This document shows, in pieces, positions 18,152 to 29,332 of a stretch of DNA of 64,000 bases. Positions within the stretch are counted from its first letter, which is position 1; every line of letters starts with the position of its first letter. A program made the position numbers and the translations under genes. The notes under the pieces were generated by a model, which saw only the letters and a program-made list of their open reading frames with translations, was not told the origin of the DNA and made no database searches. The DNA is taken from the NCBI GenBank assembly GCA_023246355.1, contig JAHFIQ010000003.1, positions 13,968 through 77,967 of the forward strand, in the 5' to 3' direction. Source of the stretch: Candidatus Uhrbacteria bacterium. Lineage in GTDB: Bacteria; Patescibacteriota; Patescibacteriia; UBA9934; GWF2-40-263.

Positions 18152-18534
18152 AGAAAAATGAAAATGCACTCGCACGTGTTCTGGTTGAGTCTCTCGATGG
18201 TGCAGATGAAAAAACCGTTAAAGCCGTGGCAGACGATTTAGTTCACGAACTCGGGGCGCGGCGAGAAACACATCGGCTGCGAGGACTCGTCGATGCCCTT
18301 GATGGGGCCTGGGCACAGCGACACGGAGCTGCGACCATCACGATCGAGACAGCGTATCCACTTTCTGGGGCGCTCAGAAAAAAGATCGAGAAGATGGCTG
18401 AGGGAGCGGAACTTCGAGAACGTGTCACCCCAGAGTTGATTGGTGGGGCGCGACTGAGGGTCGATGAGAAAATTATTGAAGGGACCATTTCCGGTCAGCT
18501 TGAACACCTATCCCGAGTTCTCGCGGATGTATAA
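18148..18534 (+). CDS. atpH: ATP synthase F1 delta (shortened)
   Basis: IETAYPL, PELIGGARLRV..IEGTI; operon position. Confidence 0.9.
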   Translation: MKKNENALARVLVESLDGADEKTVKAVADDLVHELGARRETHRLRGLVDALDGAWAQRHGAATITIETAYPLSGALRKKIEKMAEGAELRERVTPELIGGARLRVDEKIIEGTISGQLEHLSRVLADV

Positions 18535-18537
18535 CCT

Positions 18538-20052
18538 ATGACAACCAAAACACATATCATCGACGCACTGAAGTCAGCCTTGGAGAACTATCACGTCGAA
18601 GTGAAACAAGAAGAAGTCGGAACCGTGTTGTCTGTGGGTGACGGCACGGCACGTATGTCAGGACTTACCCATGCCAAGGCGTCAGAGATGCTTGAATTTT
18701 CTGGCGGGGTTTTTGGCGTCGCCCTGAACCTTGAAGAAGACGGCGTAGGCGCGGTCATTCTTGGCGACGCCTCAAAGATCAAGGAAGGGGACACCGTGAA
18801 AACCACCGGTCGTATTTTGTCTGTGGCGATTTCCGATGATGTCGTAGGCCGTGTGCTTGATCCACTCGGCAATCCGATTGATGGAAAAGGCAAGCTCAAT
18901 GCGAAAACCTTTTTTCCGATTGAAAAAATCGCGCCAGGCGTGATGACACGAAAATCAGTTGGTGTGCCGTTGCAAACGGGCATCAAAGCGATCGACTCGA
19001 TGATTCCCATTGGTCGCGGACAGCGCGAGCTGATTATTGGCGATCGTCAGACAGGAAAGACCGCCATCGCGATTGACACAATCATCAACCAGAAAGGACA
19101 GAACGTGAAGTGCATTTATGTCGCGATTGGGCAGAAAGAATCCAAGATCGCCAAGATCGTAGCCAGGCTTGAAGAAGCAGGCGCCATGGAATACACGACC
19201 GTCGTGGTCGCTGGCGCTTCTGATCCAGCCGCACTTTCCTACATCGCGCCGTTCACCGGCTGCACCATCGGGGAATATTTTATGGCGAAGGGCGAGGATG
19301 CGCTGGTGATCTACGACGACCTTTCCAAACAAGCCTGGGCGTATCGCGAAATTTCGCTGTTACTGCGCCGTCCACCAGGACGTGAAGCTTATCCTGGTGA
19401 TGTCTTTTATTTGCACTCACGTTTGCTTGAGCGTGCGGCTCGTCTCAACGAAGAAAACGGTGGAGGATCCTTGACCGCGCTTCCGATCATCGAAACACAG
19501 GCAGGTGATGTCAGTGCCTACATCCCGACAAACGTCATCTCGATTACAGACGGACAAATTTATCTTGAAACAGATTTGTTTTATCGCGGGATCCGTCCAG
19601 CCCTGAACGTCGGACTTTCTGTCTCACGCGTAGGTTCTGCGGCTCAGACCAAGGCCATGAAAAAAGTCGCGGGAAAATTGCGACTTGAACTCGCGCAATT
19701 CCGTGAGCTTGAGGCGTTCGCACAGTTTGCCACAGACTTGGATGCAGGGACACGGCAACAAATCGAACGTGGACGCCGTCTGACTGAGCTGTTGAAACAG
19801 CCTCAATATCATCCTCTTCCATTTGAAGTACAGGTTGCGTCGATCTATGCCGCGATCAATGGATGTTTGGATGCAATCGCTCCTGAGCGAATCGTGGAAT
19901 GGGAAGAGAAATTTCAGACGTATCTGGAAAGCTCGGGCACAGAAGTCATGGAGCAGCTCAAAAAAGAAAAAGCGTTGAATGATGAGATTGAAGCTGGTCT
20001 TAAAAAATTGATCCAGGATTTTAATTCCACCTTTGCCACCTCATCTACCTAA
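18538..20052 (+). CDS. atpA: ATP synthase F1 alpha
   Basis: [29 protein letters not shown]. Confidence 0.99.
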   Translation: MTTKTHIIDALKSALENYHVEVKQEEVGTVLSVGDGTARMSGLTHAKASEMLEFSGGVFGVALNLEEDGVGAVILGDASKIKEGDTVKTTGRILSVAISDDVVGRVLDPLGNPIDGKGKLNAKTFFPIEKIAPGVMTRKSVGVPLQTGIKAIDSMIPIGRGQRELIIGDRQTGKTAIAIDTIINQKGQNVKCIYVAIGQKESKIAKIVARLEEAGAMEYTTVVVAGASDPAALSYIAPFTGCTIGEYFMAKGEDALVIYDDLSKQAWAYREISLLLRRPPGREAYPGDVFYLHSRLLERAARLNEENGGGSLTALPIIETQAGDVSAYIPTNVISITDGQIYLETDLFYRGIRPALNVGLSVSRVGSAAQTKAMKKVAGKLRLELAQFRELEAFAQFATDLDAGTRQQIERGRRLTELLKQPQYHPLPFEVQVASIYAAINGCLDAIAPERIVEWEEKFQTYLESSGTEVMEQLKKEKALNDEIEAGLKKLIQDFNSTFATSST

Positions 20053-20060
20053 TCCACCTT
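20025..20060 (+). repeat. 9-bp tandem array over the atpA stop codon
   Basis: TTCCACCTT TGCCACCTC ATCTACCTA ATCCACCTT. Confidence 0.8.
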
Positions 20061-20064
20061 CCGT

Positions 20065-20967
20065 GTGGCAGTCCAAACACGCGCCATCAAACGTCGGATC
20101 AAGTCCGTCAAGAATACACGCAAGATCACCAAGGCCATGGAGTTGGTTGCGGCGAGTAAAATGCGCAAGGCGGTCAACTTCGTGCTGGCCAGTCGTCCCT
20201 ATTCTAAACTTGCCTGGAGCACCATTCTCTCGATCGGCACACGGGTGGACACAAGTTTGCATCCGTTACTTGCTCGCCACGATGAAGTGAAACGCGTGTT
20301 GCTCATCCTCATCACCTCTGATCGAGGACTGGCGGGTGGATTCAATACGAACATCCTTCGAAAAACGCGTGAGGAGATTCGGTCGTTTGGTGAAGACGTT
20401 GAACTGCAGACGATCTGCATTGGCAAACGTGGCGCGGATGCCATGAAACGACTTAAGCTCCCGGTCATGGCTAGCTTTGTGGAGATTACCAACAACACAA
20501 AGTTTGAGGAAGTCCTGCCAATCGGAAGGCTCGTGATAGATGAATTTACAAAAGGATCGTTTGATAAAGTCCTTGTGGCGTACACGGATTTCGTGAGTGC
20601 CATCACTCAGAAGCCTTTGATCATGCAGTTGTTGCCGCTTCAAAGAGAGGTGGCGGAGGTGGACAAGGTGGAAGAGGTAGCCGCAGGCTTCAGCCTGCGT
20701 TCGTCAACTGAACTCACCTTTGAACCTTCTCCAAACGCGGTCCTCGATTCTATGCTTCCCCGACTCGTTGAAACCATGGTGTATCAAGCCGTGCTCGAAT
20801 CCGCTGCCTCTGAACATTCCAGTCGCATGATGGCGATGCGATCTGCATCCGATGCCGCAGGGGATATGATCGACGACCTCACATTCACCTTTAACCAAGC
20901 GCGTCAGGCCGGCATCACCCAGGAGATCGCTGAAATTTCTTCCGGTAAAGCAGCTTTAGAAAATTAG
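20065..20967 (+). CDS. atpG: ATP synthase F1 gamma
   Basis: KITKAMELVAASK, SDRGLAG, RQAGITQEIAEI. Confidence 0.98.
   Translation: MAVQTRAIKRRIKSVKNTRKITKAMELVAASKMRKAVNFVLASRPYSKLAWSTILSIGTRVDTSLHPLLARHDEVKRVLLILITSDRGLAGGFNTNILRKTREEIRSFGEDVELQTICIGKRGADAMKRLKLPVMASFVEITNNTKFEEVLPIGRLVIDEFTKGSFDKVLVAYTDFVSAITQKPLIMQLLPLQREVAEVDKVEEVAAGFSLRSSTELTFEPSPNAVLDSMLPRLVETMVYQAVLESAASEHSSRMMAMRSASDAAGDMIDDLTFTFNQARQAGITQEIAEISSGKAALEN
20647..20699 (+). repeat. In-frame 9-bp array plus a GTAG REP-like palindrome inside atpG
   Basis: GAGGTGGCG GAGGTGGAC AAGGTGGAA GAGGTAGCC, overlapping GTAG-C-CGCAGGCT-TC-AGCCTGCG. Confidence 0.65.
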
Positions 20968-20976
20968 TTCTCCTAA

Positions 20977-22418
<1,442 letters not shown>

Positions 22419-22862
22419 ATGGCTCAATTGCAATTATCCATCGTCACCCCTGAACGCATTGTCTTTGAAGACGAGGTTGATTCGGTTTCTGCGATGACAC
22501 AAATGGGCGAGGTGACGATTTTGCCTGGGCATGTGCCCTTGGTTGCCAATTTGCAAGCAGGCGAGCTTCGGCTCAAAAAAAATGGTTCAGAGAGTTACCT
22601 TGTGGCCTCCACGGGATTTTTGCATGTGCAATCTGGAAACAAGATTGTTATTCTCGCGGACACGGCAGAGCGTGTGGAAGAACTTGAGCTTGGAAAAATT
22701 GAGGAAGCTCGAGATCGTGCTCGAAAACTTTTGGATGAAAAACGACATGTCGATGATGTCGCGTTTGCCAACGCTGCGGCCATGCTTGAACGAGAACTCG
22801 CCCGACATCGGGTGGTGACCAAAAGAAAAAAATACAAAGACGTTGGCAAATCACTTTCCTAA
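22419..22862 (+). CDS. atpC: ATP synthase F1 epsilon
   Basis: IVTPER, GEVTILPGHVPL, ILADTAE. Confidence 0.97.
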   Translation: MAQLQLSIVTPERIVFEDEVDSVSAMTQMGEVTILPGHVPLVANLQAGELRLKKNGSESYLVASTGFLHVQSGNKIVILADTAERVEELELGKIEEARDRARKLLDEKRHVDDVAFANAAAMLERELARHRVVTKRKKYKDVGKSLS

Positions 22863-22864
22863 AT

Positions 22865-23647
22865 ATGAATATAGAACATGAATCCCACGCCGTTCAAAAA
22901 GAGCACGAATGGTTGAAAGGCCAGGAAAAAATTTCTGCGATTTTAGAGCAGGGCATGGAATCGTACGTTGATCAGATGCCTGACCTTGAAAATGCATTTG
23001 CTGAGGGGGATCACACCCTGTGCTGTATGGATGAGGGTGTGGCACAAGGAGATATGCGTTCAGCTGGGTCTGGAATCCTTACGGAAGGACGTGAGCGAGA
23101 AGTATTCATTGCCAAGCTTAAAGCCGCCGGAGTCAAGGATGTGACAAGTCACGAAGGGTGCGGTGCTGCTGGATTGTACAAAGAGAAACACGGGATCACA
23201 GACATGACGGTTGATGAAGTTGCCATCGAACAGGCAAAGCGCATGGCTTCAGAGCTCGGTGTGCCCTACAAAGGTCATGTGACAGAGCTCGATAGACCAA
23301 AAGAGTTTCATAACGCTCGAGTCGTATATCTGGATGGTACCGGACGATTTAATCCAAGTCGTGTGTCTGAACTGCCACAAGGATTTGTGGTGAGTGCAAG
23401 GTATATGACTCCAGAGCAGGCATTGTCTGAGGTTCAATTAGCCACGAAGATCGCGTTTGGGGAGCATGGGTTTGGTGATAAATTTTCAGAGGAAGACCCA
23501 CTGGTCGTCGTAGCCATCGGCGATAGCACAGAGCCAGATTTTGTTGGGAAGGACCTTGAACGTGAACTCACGAATATCATTGGCGAGGGCCGCGTCCGTG
23601 TAGATCATTTCTCGGTTCCTCGCTCTTGGATGCGAGAAGCTGCGTAA
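22865..23647 (+). CDS. Hypothetical protein with a beta-carbonic-anhydrase-like Zn motif
   Basis: CCMDEG ... TSHEGCGAAG. Confidence 0.55.
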   Translation: MNIEHESHAVQKEHEWLKGQEKISAILEQGMESYVDQMPDLENAFAEGDHTLCCMDEGVAQGDMRSAGSGILTEGREREVFIAKLKAAGVKDVTSHEGCGAAGLYKEKHGITDMTVDEVAIEQAKRMASELGVPYKGHVTELDRPKEFHNARVVYLDGTGRFNPSRVSELPQGFVVSARYMTPEQALSEVQLATKIAFGEHGFGDKFSEEDPLVVVAIGDSTEPDFVGKDLERELTNIIGEGRVRVDHFSVPRSWMREAA

Positions 23648-23758
23648 ATAAGCTGGGATGTGAAACCTGAGAGGTTTATCCACTCGGGTTTTTTGAATCC
23701 ATTGACTTTCTCGTCCAAGTAAGGCATACTTTGGCCCGCCCATCACCCGAGGTCGCTC

Positions 23759-24415
23759 ATGGGTCAACTCAGTGCGTTCGATCAAGAGGTCGTCGACATC
23801 CTCCGTCATCGTGGAATTTTCGAGAACGTGGATGCGATGCGTTTCCACTTGGACAACGGCGTGATCATCTTCAGATGTCCTGATGGTGATCAGATGCTTG
23901 ATCGCATCAGGCATGATGAACAGGTTGCACGTGAAGCTGGTGGTGAACTGCGCCCGCATCTGCTGACCTGTCACGGTGGGAGCATGGTGCTTGCACCCGA
24001 CTCTCCGCTCTATCCTGGAATGGGGGCCGACCAGCTCTACCTGACGATGATCAGGGAGGCAGAGGCGCTCAAGGACATCAAGACGGTTTCCGCAGAGATT
24101 CACGCTCCTTGTGGAAAGGCGATGAGTCTTGGACTCACGCTCGTGGAGCAGATCGTTTTGCTCATGGCGGCCAAACCGCGAATCAAGGCGATCGATCCAA
24201 CCAACAAGGTCGTCTGTCGCGTCCACATCAACGATCGAAGTGGCCGCAAGCGTACCTACTTCATCTCGCGGGCCAAGTGGATCGCGTTTTGGGAGAGCGA
24301 GGGACGACAGGTGTGGGGATACCGGTTCCCAGTCGATCCTTATGCGTCACAGCTTCCTGGTGAGGCACTCGCAGGAGCTGATCACCATGAGACCAGCGAC
24401 CTGGTCGGCATGTAG
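23759..24415 (+). CDS. GC-rich orphan with a beta-carbonic-anhydrase-like Zn motif
   Basis: FRCPDGD ... CHGG ... IHAPCGKA; promoter TTGACT(23702)-17-CATACT; SD GAGGT; terminator CCGCCT-N6-AGGCGG-TTTT. Confidence 0.6.
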   Translation: MGQLSAFDQEVVDILRHRGIFENVDAMRFHLDNGVIIFRCPDGDQMLDRIRHDEQVAREAGGELRPHLLTCHGGSMVLAPDSPLYPGMGADQLYLTMIREAEALKDIKTVSAEIHAPCGKAMSLGLTLVEQIVLLMAAKPRIKAIDPTNKVVCRVHINDRSGRKRTYFISRAKWIAFWESEGRQVWGYRFPVDPYASQLPGEALAGADHHETSDLVGM

Positions 24416-24474
24416 TTTCAACGTCGCCGCCTACGCAAAGGCGGTTTTCATTTTGTGATAAGATGCCTTTCGGT

Positions 24475-27393
24475 ATGTCTGATTTGCTCTCAAAACTTAA
24501 TCCTGAGCAGCAAGCGGCTGTCACGCATGTGGACGGCCCACTCATGATTGTGGCCGGGGCAGGGACAGGGAAAACGACCGTGATCACACACCGGATCGCC
24601 TGGCTCATTGAGCAGGGTCATGCCAAGCCTGAGGAAATTTTAGCGCTTACGTTTACCGATAAGGCTGCCGGGGAAATGGAAGAGAGAGTAGATCGCCTGT
24701 TGCCCTACGGATATGTGGATCTGCAGATTTCAACCTTTCACGCGTTTGCCGAAAAGCTCCTGCGCGATTATGGCGTTGAGATCGGACTGTCACGTGATTT
24801 TCGATTAGTGAATGAACTAGACGCGTGGCTTCTGGCGCGACAGCATTTTGACCGTTTTGAACTTGACCACTATCGCCCGCTTGGAAACCCTACGAAGTAC
24901 ATTCGTTCGCTGCTCACGCATTTTTCTCGTGCCAAGGACGTGGGTGTGGATCCTGACGCGTATCAAGCAACGATCGAGGCGAGATTTGCTGATCAGGATT
25001 CTGCTCAGGCAGATGAAGCCACCACTTCTGAGATCAAACGGTTGAGAGAACTCGCTGGTGCTTATCGAACCTATCAACAAATTTTGCTTGAGCATGACTG
25101 CCTTGATTTTGGCGACCTCATGCTCTACACATTGAAACTGTTGAAAGACCGCCCTGCGGTGCGAGACATCATCCGAGCACGATTTAAGTTTGTTCTCGTC
25201 GATGAATTTCAAGACACGAACGATGCCCAGTATGAGATCGTCCGAGAGATTGCCTCGCCCAAGAACAACCTGACTGTTGTGGGCGACGATGATCAGTCTA
25301 TTTATAAATTTCGTGGCGCGTCGCTTGCCAATATCCTCCGTTTTGAAACAGACTTTCCAGCTGCCAGACACGTCGTGCTCACGTCCAATTACCGATCCGC
25401 GCAACGAATTCTTGATCACGCCTATGACTTCATTCAACACAACAATCCCAATCGTTTGGAAGTAACCTCCTCAAGATCCTTGTCAAAAAAGCTACAGGCC
25501 TCAAAAGATCTCAAGGCAACCGTTGAGCATCTGCACGCTCTCACCAGTGAAGAAGAAGTTGCAACCGTAGTCCGAAAAATTCTTGCGCTTCGTGAGGCTG
25601 AGCCAGAGGTCGAGTGGAGTGATTTTGCCATTCTGGTGCGATCCAATTCTGCAGGAACAGATTTTGCCCAGGCTCTGGAGCGCCATCAGATTCCGTATCA
25701 GTTTTTGGCGCTCTCGGGACTCTACACGAAGCCTGCTGTGCTCGACATGCTGGCATTTCTGCGTGTGATCGATCACGTGTTTGATTCACCAAGTTTCTAC
25801 CGATTGCTTACCTCGCCTGTGGTTGGAGTGAGTGAGAGGGGAGTGATGGAACTGAACCGGTTGGCAGCTCGCAAAGGCAAGTCATTGTATGAAGCTTGCG
25901 AAATGGCGCAGAGTTTTTCACGTCTTGATCCATCGGACGAAGAGCTCATCCACGAACTGATCCAAAAAATTTCTGCCTGGCAACGTCAGGCGCGCACGCG
26001 CAAAGTCGGCGAGCTCCTCGTCATGATCGCCAAAGAGTCTGGATACCTTGAGCATGTCAACTCGATGGACGAGCGCCACAAGATCGAGACGTTCAGTCAT
26101 CTTCAGCAGTTGTATCAGCGGTTAAAAGCGTTTGAGCGTTCAAGTGAACACCCAATTCTTCACAATTTTCTCAAAGAGTTTGCCCACGAACGAGACGCCG
26201 GTGAGGAAGGATCGCTCAGTGTGGACCTTGAATCTGGTCCTGACCTGGTGCGCATCATGACCATCCACGCGGCAAAGGGTTTGGAATTTCGTTATGTGTT
26301 TATTGTGAACCTGGTCGCGCAAAAATTTCCGACCCGCGCCATGAAGGATGCCATTGAGCTCCCAGAAGGACTCGGTTCGCAAGCGCCGACAGAAGGTGAC
26401 GCACATCTTGAGGAAGAGCGTCGTCTATTCTATGTGGCCATGACGCGAGCCAAGGAAGGTTTGTATTTCACCTCAGCCGATGATTATGGTGGTGCTCGCA
26501 AACGTAAGATCTCGCCATTTCTCCACGAGCTTGGGTACACACAGCCTGAGAGTCCTGCCTCTATTCTTGAACTCATTGATGAGACAGAATACAACCTAAA
26601 ACCTACACCCTACCCCGCTCCTGTTCCCAAGCAATTTTCGTTTACACAGTTGGCCGCATTCAAGACCTGTCCTTTGCAGTACAAATTTGCACACATTCTC
26701 AAAGTCCCTGTGATGGGAAAATGGACCTTCTCGTTTGGCAAGACCATGCACAATACGTTACAGAGATTTTTTACCCTCTGGCTTGAACGAACAGGCAAAA
26801 AACAGACAAGCCTGTTTGAAGCTGATCTTGCACCGATTGACGGAATCCCTGTGAGCATGGAGGAGCTTCTCAATGCCTATCAAACATGCTGGCAGGACGA
26901 TTGGTATGTGAATGATCGACAACGGGAAGAATATCGTGAACAGGGGAGAGCGTCGCTTAAACAGCTCTGGGCGCAGTATCACTTGGCGCCACCATCACCG
27001 CTCTTTGTTGAGCAGGGATTTACCATGAAGATCGGCGACATCGCCCTGAAGGGACGCATCGATCGCATCGATGCCTGCGAGGATGGAATCGAAATCATCG
27101 ATTACAAAACAGGCTCGCCCAAAACCGAGCTCACGCTGGACGATAAGGAGCAGCTCCTGCTCTACCAACTCGCCGCGGTACAGGTTCTCGGTCTCAAACC
27201 AAAACGGCTGACCTATCATTACCTCGGGGACAATTCAACCGTGTCGTTTTTAGGAACGCAAAAACAACTTGATGACTTGGAGCAATCTCTCATTTCACGT
27301 GTGCAAGGCATTCGTGACTCTGACTTTCAAGCCACCCCAGGCTTCCACTGTCAGTTCTGTGATTTTGCTGATATCTGTGAGTTCCGTCAGTAA
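24475..27393 (+). CDS. UvrD/PcrA-type helicase fused to a PD-(D/E)XK nuclease (AdnAB/AddAB-like)
   Basis: AGAGTGKT, LVDEFQD, VGDDDQSIYKFRGA, TIHAAKGLEF, EERRLFYVAMTRA; C-terminal CPLQY, GRIDRID, IIDYKTG, CQFCDFADIC. Confidence 0.95.
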   Translation: MSDLLSKLNPEQQAAVTHVDGPLMIVAGAGTGKTTVITHRIAWLIEQGHAKPEEILALTFTDKAAGEMEERVDRLLPYGYVDLQISTFHAFAEKLLRDYGVEIGLSRDFRLVNELDAWLLARQHFDRFELDHYRPLGNPTKYIRSLLTHFSRAKDVGVDPDAYQATIEARFADQDSAQADEATTSEIKRLRELAGAYRTYQQILLEHDCLDFGDLMLYTLKLLKDRPAVRDIIRARFKFVLVDEFQDTNDAQYEIVREIASPKNNLTVVGDDDQSIYKFRGASLANILRFETDFPAARHVVLTSNYRSAQRILDHAYDFIQHNNPNRLEVTSSRSLSKKLQASKDLKATVEHLHALTSEEEVATVVRKILALREAEPEVEWSDFAILVRSNSAGTDFAQALERHQIPYQFLALSGLYTKPAVLDMLAFLRVIDHVFDSPSFYRLLTSPVVGVSERGVMELNRLAARKGKSLYEACEMAQSFSRLDPSDEELIHELIQKISAWQRQARTRKVGELLVMIAKESGYLEHVNSMDERHKIETFSHLQQLYQRLKAFERSSEHPILHNFLKEFAHERDAGEEGSLSVDLESGPDLVRIMTIHAAKGLEFRYVFIVNLVAQKFPTRAMKDAIELPEGLGSQAPTEGDAHLEEERRLFYVAMTRAKEGLYFTSADDYGGARKRKISPFLHELGYTQPESPASILELIDETEYNLKPTPYPAPVPKQFSFTQLAAFKTCPLQYKFAHILKVPVMGKWTFSFGKTMHNTLQRFFTLWLERTGKKQTSLFEADLAPIDGIPVSMEELLNAYQTCWQDDWYVNDRQREEYREQGRASLKQLWAQYHLAPPSPLFVEQGFTMKIGDIALKGRIDRIDACEDGIEIIDYKTGSPKTELTLDDKEQLLLYQLAAVQVLGLKPKRLTYHYLGDNSTVSFLGTQKQLDDLEQSLISRVQGIRDSDFQATPGFHCQFCDFADICEFRQ

Positions 27394-27406
27394 AACGCGC
27401 GCGTCA

Positions 27407-27482
27407 CAAAATTTTCTCGAACGGTCTGGCGAGCCCACAGGATTCGTAAGCGTGGGTCGGACAGACCTGAGAGAAAATTTTG
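27407..27482. other. Long imperfect intergenic hairpin
   Basis: Nested stems CAAAATTTTCTC/GAGAAAATTTTG, GGTCTG/CAGACC, CCCAC/GTGGG. Confidence 0.7.
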
Positions 27483-27524
27483 CTTCACCTGGATTTTACA
27501 AGCGAATGCTATAATAGATCTAGT

Positions 27525-27851
27525 ATGGCCGTCTCCTCATTACGCGATCTTCTCTCTGGTTCTCTTAAACGCGCCGGAGTGTTGCGTTCGGTTCGCGCTT
27601 CCATGGTCGTGGAGGCAGCCAATCGAATGATCCCTGCGTACTTACCCTCATTTCGCTCAAAAGATGTTCAAGCGGTATCGTTTCAAAAAGGTGTCCTGCG
27701 ACTTCGGGCCATCAATGCACCAGCGAGACATCTGATCAAGACCCACGAGTCTGATCTCCTTACCAAACTCCGTGAAGAATTTCCTCCGGCAAAAATAGAA
27801 CGCCTTCAACTCATCTTCTCTCATGAACCTGTGCGCTATGAGCTTTCGTAG
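27525..27851 (+). CDS. DUF721/DciA-like protein
   Basis: SLRDLL...AVSFQKGVLRL...LLTKL; extended -10 TGcTATAAT 9 nt upstream. Confidence 0.7.
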   Translation: MAVSSLRDLLSGSLKRAGVLRSVRASMVVEAANRMIPAYLPSFRSKDVQAVSFQKGVLRLRAINAPARHLIKTHESDLLTKLREEFPPAKIERLQLIFSHEPVRYELS

Positions 27852-28245
27852 CTATCTTATTCTCATGACCCTGGCGAGTCTGGCTGCCTGGAGCGCCTGG
27901 GTGGTTGTGCTCAACGCGATCGATCCCACACAGTCAGGTTGGCTTGGCTTTTTTCTGTTCTACGTCACGTTTGCCATTGCGCTCTTTGGGACGCTCTCGC
28001 TGCTTGGGATTGCCGTCCGCCTATGGAAAAAACAAGCGGCCCTTCCCGCCCGTATCACTCTAAAAGCCTTTCGTCAGGCCTTGCTATTCACAGCTCTATT
28101 TGTTGTTTCACTTTTGCTTTTTTCCCAAGGCTGGTTCCGTTGGTGGACCATGCTTCTGGTGCTGTGTATCGTGGGGTTCATAGAACTTGCGTTTGCTTCG
28201 ACACAACACTCCTTTGAACACAAAAAAGATCCAGAACCGACTTGA
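27838..28245 (+). CDS. Conserved membrane protein
   Basis: 4 TM segments; IDP, FFLFY, AFRQALL. Confidence 0.75.
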   Translation: MSFRSYLILMTLASLAAWSAWVVVLNAIDPTQSGWLGFFLFYVTFAIALFGTLSLLGIAVRLWKKQAALPARITLKAFRQALLFTALFVVSLLLFSQGWFRWWTMLLVLCIVGFIELAFASTQHSFEHKKDPEPT

Positions 28246-28279
28246 TGTGCGGCTTCCCATAGAGTAAGATCGTGTGGCT

Positions 28280-29332
28280 ATGTTCGGTAAACTCCTTGGC
28301 CATCTTTCTAAGGATCTCGGCATTGATCTTGGGACCTCTAACACCCTTGTCTACTCAAAGGACGGGGGCATTGTGATTAACGAACCATCGATCGTTGCGG
28401 TGAACACGCGAACCGATCAAATTCTTTCTGTTGGAAAGGATGCCAAGGACATGCTGGGGAAAACGCCACCTCATATTCAAATTACAAAGCCACTGAGCAA
28501 GGGCGTTATTTCTGATTTCGAAGTAACAGAGAAAATGCTCAAGTATTTCATTGACAAAGTGCACACAGAGTCTTTTACCTTTGTTCCTCGACCCACGATT
28601 GTCATTGGTGTTCCTTTGGAAACGACTGAAGTGGAACGAAAAGCCATCGAGGATGCAGCCCTTTCTGCGGGCGCAAGAAAAGTCCATCTTGTTGAAAATC
28701 CCATGCTGGCGGCCTTAGGGGCCCGGCTTCCACTGTCTGAATCTGTGGGTATGATGATTGTTGATATCGGTGGTGGGACAACCGAGATCGCGGTGATGTC
28801 ACTCGCGGGTGTGGTGACATGGAAGTCGCTCGATATCGCAGGAGAGGAGATGAACAAAAATATTATTCAGTACGCTCGAGATCAATTTAATCTGCTCCTG
28901 GGAGAGAGAATCGCTGAGAGAATCAAAATGCGGATTGGGACCGCCATTGAACAGGATGCTCCCATGGAAATGGAAATGCGTGGCCGAGATCTGCTGACAG
29001 GTCTTCCAAAAGAAATCATGGTCAACGATACACAGATTCGTGATGCGCTCCAGCGCTCTGTCCGAACCATCATTGATAACGTCAAGGCTACGCTTGAAAC
29101 CACGCCACCAGAACTCGTCGCGGATATCTACGAACGTGGCATTGTGCTGACTGGTGGGGGAGCCCTTTTGCGTGGATTGGATGTGCTCATCTCACGCCAG
29201 GCAGCCATTCCTGTTCGTGTGGCCGAAGACCCACTCACCTGCGTGGTGCGTGGAGCCGGACTCCTTCTGGATAATCGTGAATTGCTTGCGGATATAACCC
29301 TTCCATCGGCAACGGAGGGAAGTATCGTATGA
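28280..29332 (+). CDS. mreB: Rod shape protein MreB
   Basis: GIDLGTSNT, VDIGGGTTE, LTGGGALL. Confidence 0.97.
   Translation: MFGKLLGHLSKDLGIDLGTSNTLVYSKDGGIVINEPSIVAVNTRTDQILSVGKDAKDMLGKTPPHIQITKPLSKGVISDFEVTEKMLKYFIDKVHTESFTFVPRPTIVIGVPLETTEVERKAIEDAALSAGARKVHLVENPMLAALGARLPLSESVGMMIVDIGGGTTEIAVMSLAGVVTWKSLDIAGEEMNKNIIQYARDQFNLLLGERIAERIKMRIGTAIEQDAPMEMEMRGRDLLTGLPKEIMVNDTQIRDALQRSVRTIIDNVKATLETTPPELVADIYERGIVLTGGGALLRGLDVLISRQAAIPVRVAEDPLTCVVRGAGLLLDNRELLADITLPSATEGSIV

Noticed and set aside
26630-27393. Cas4-like nuclease suggesting an adaptation or defence system
   Set aside because: It is the C-terminal domain of a UvrD fusion typical of AdnAB/AddAB-type repair enzymes.
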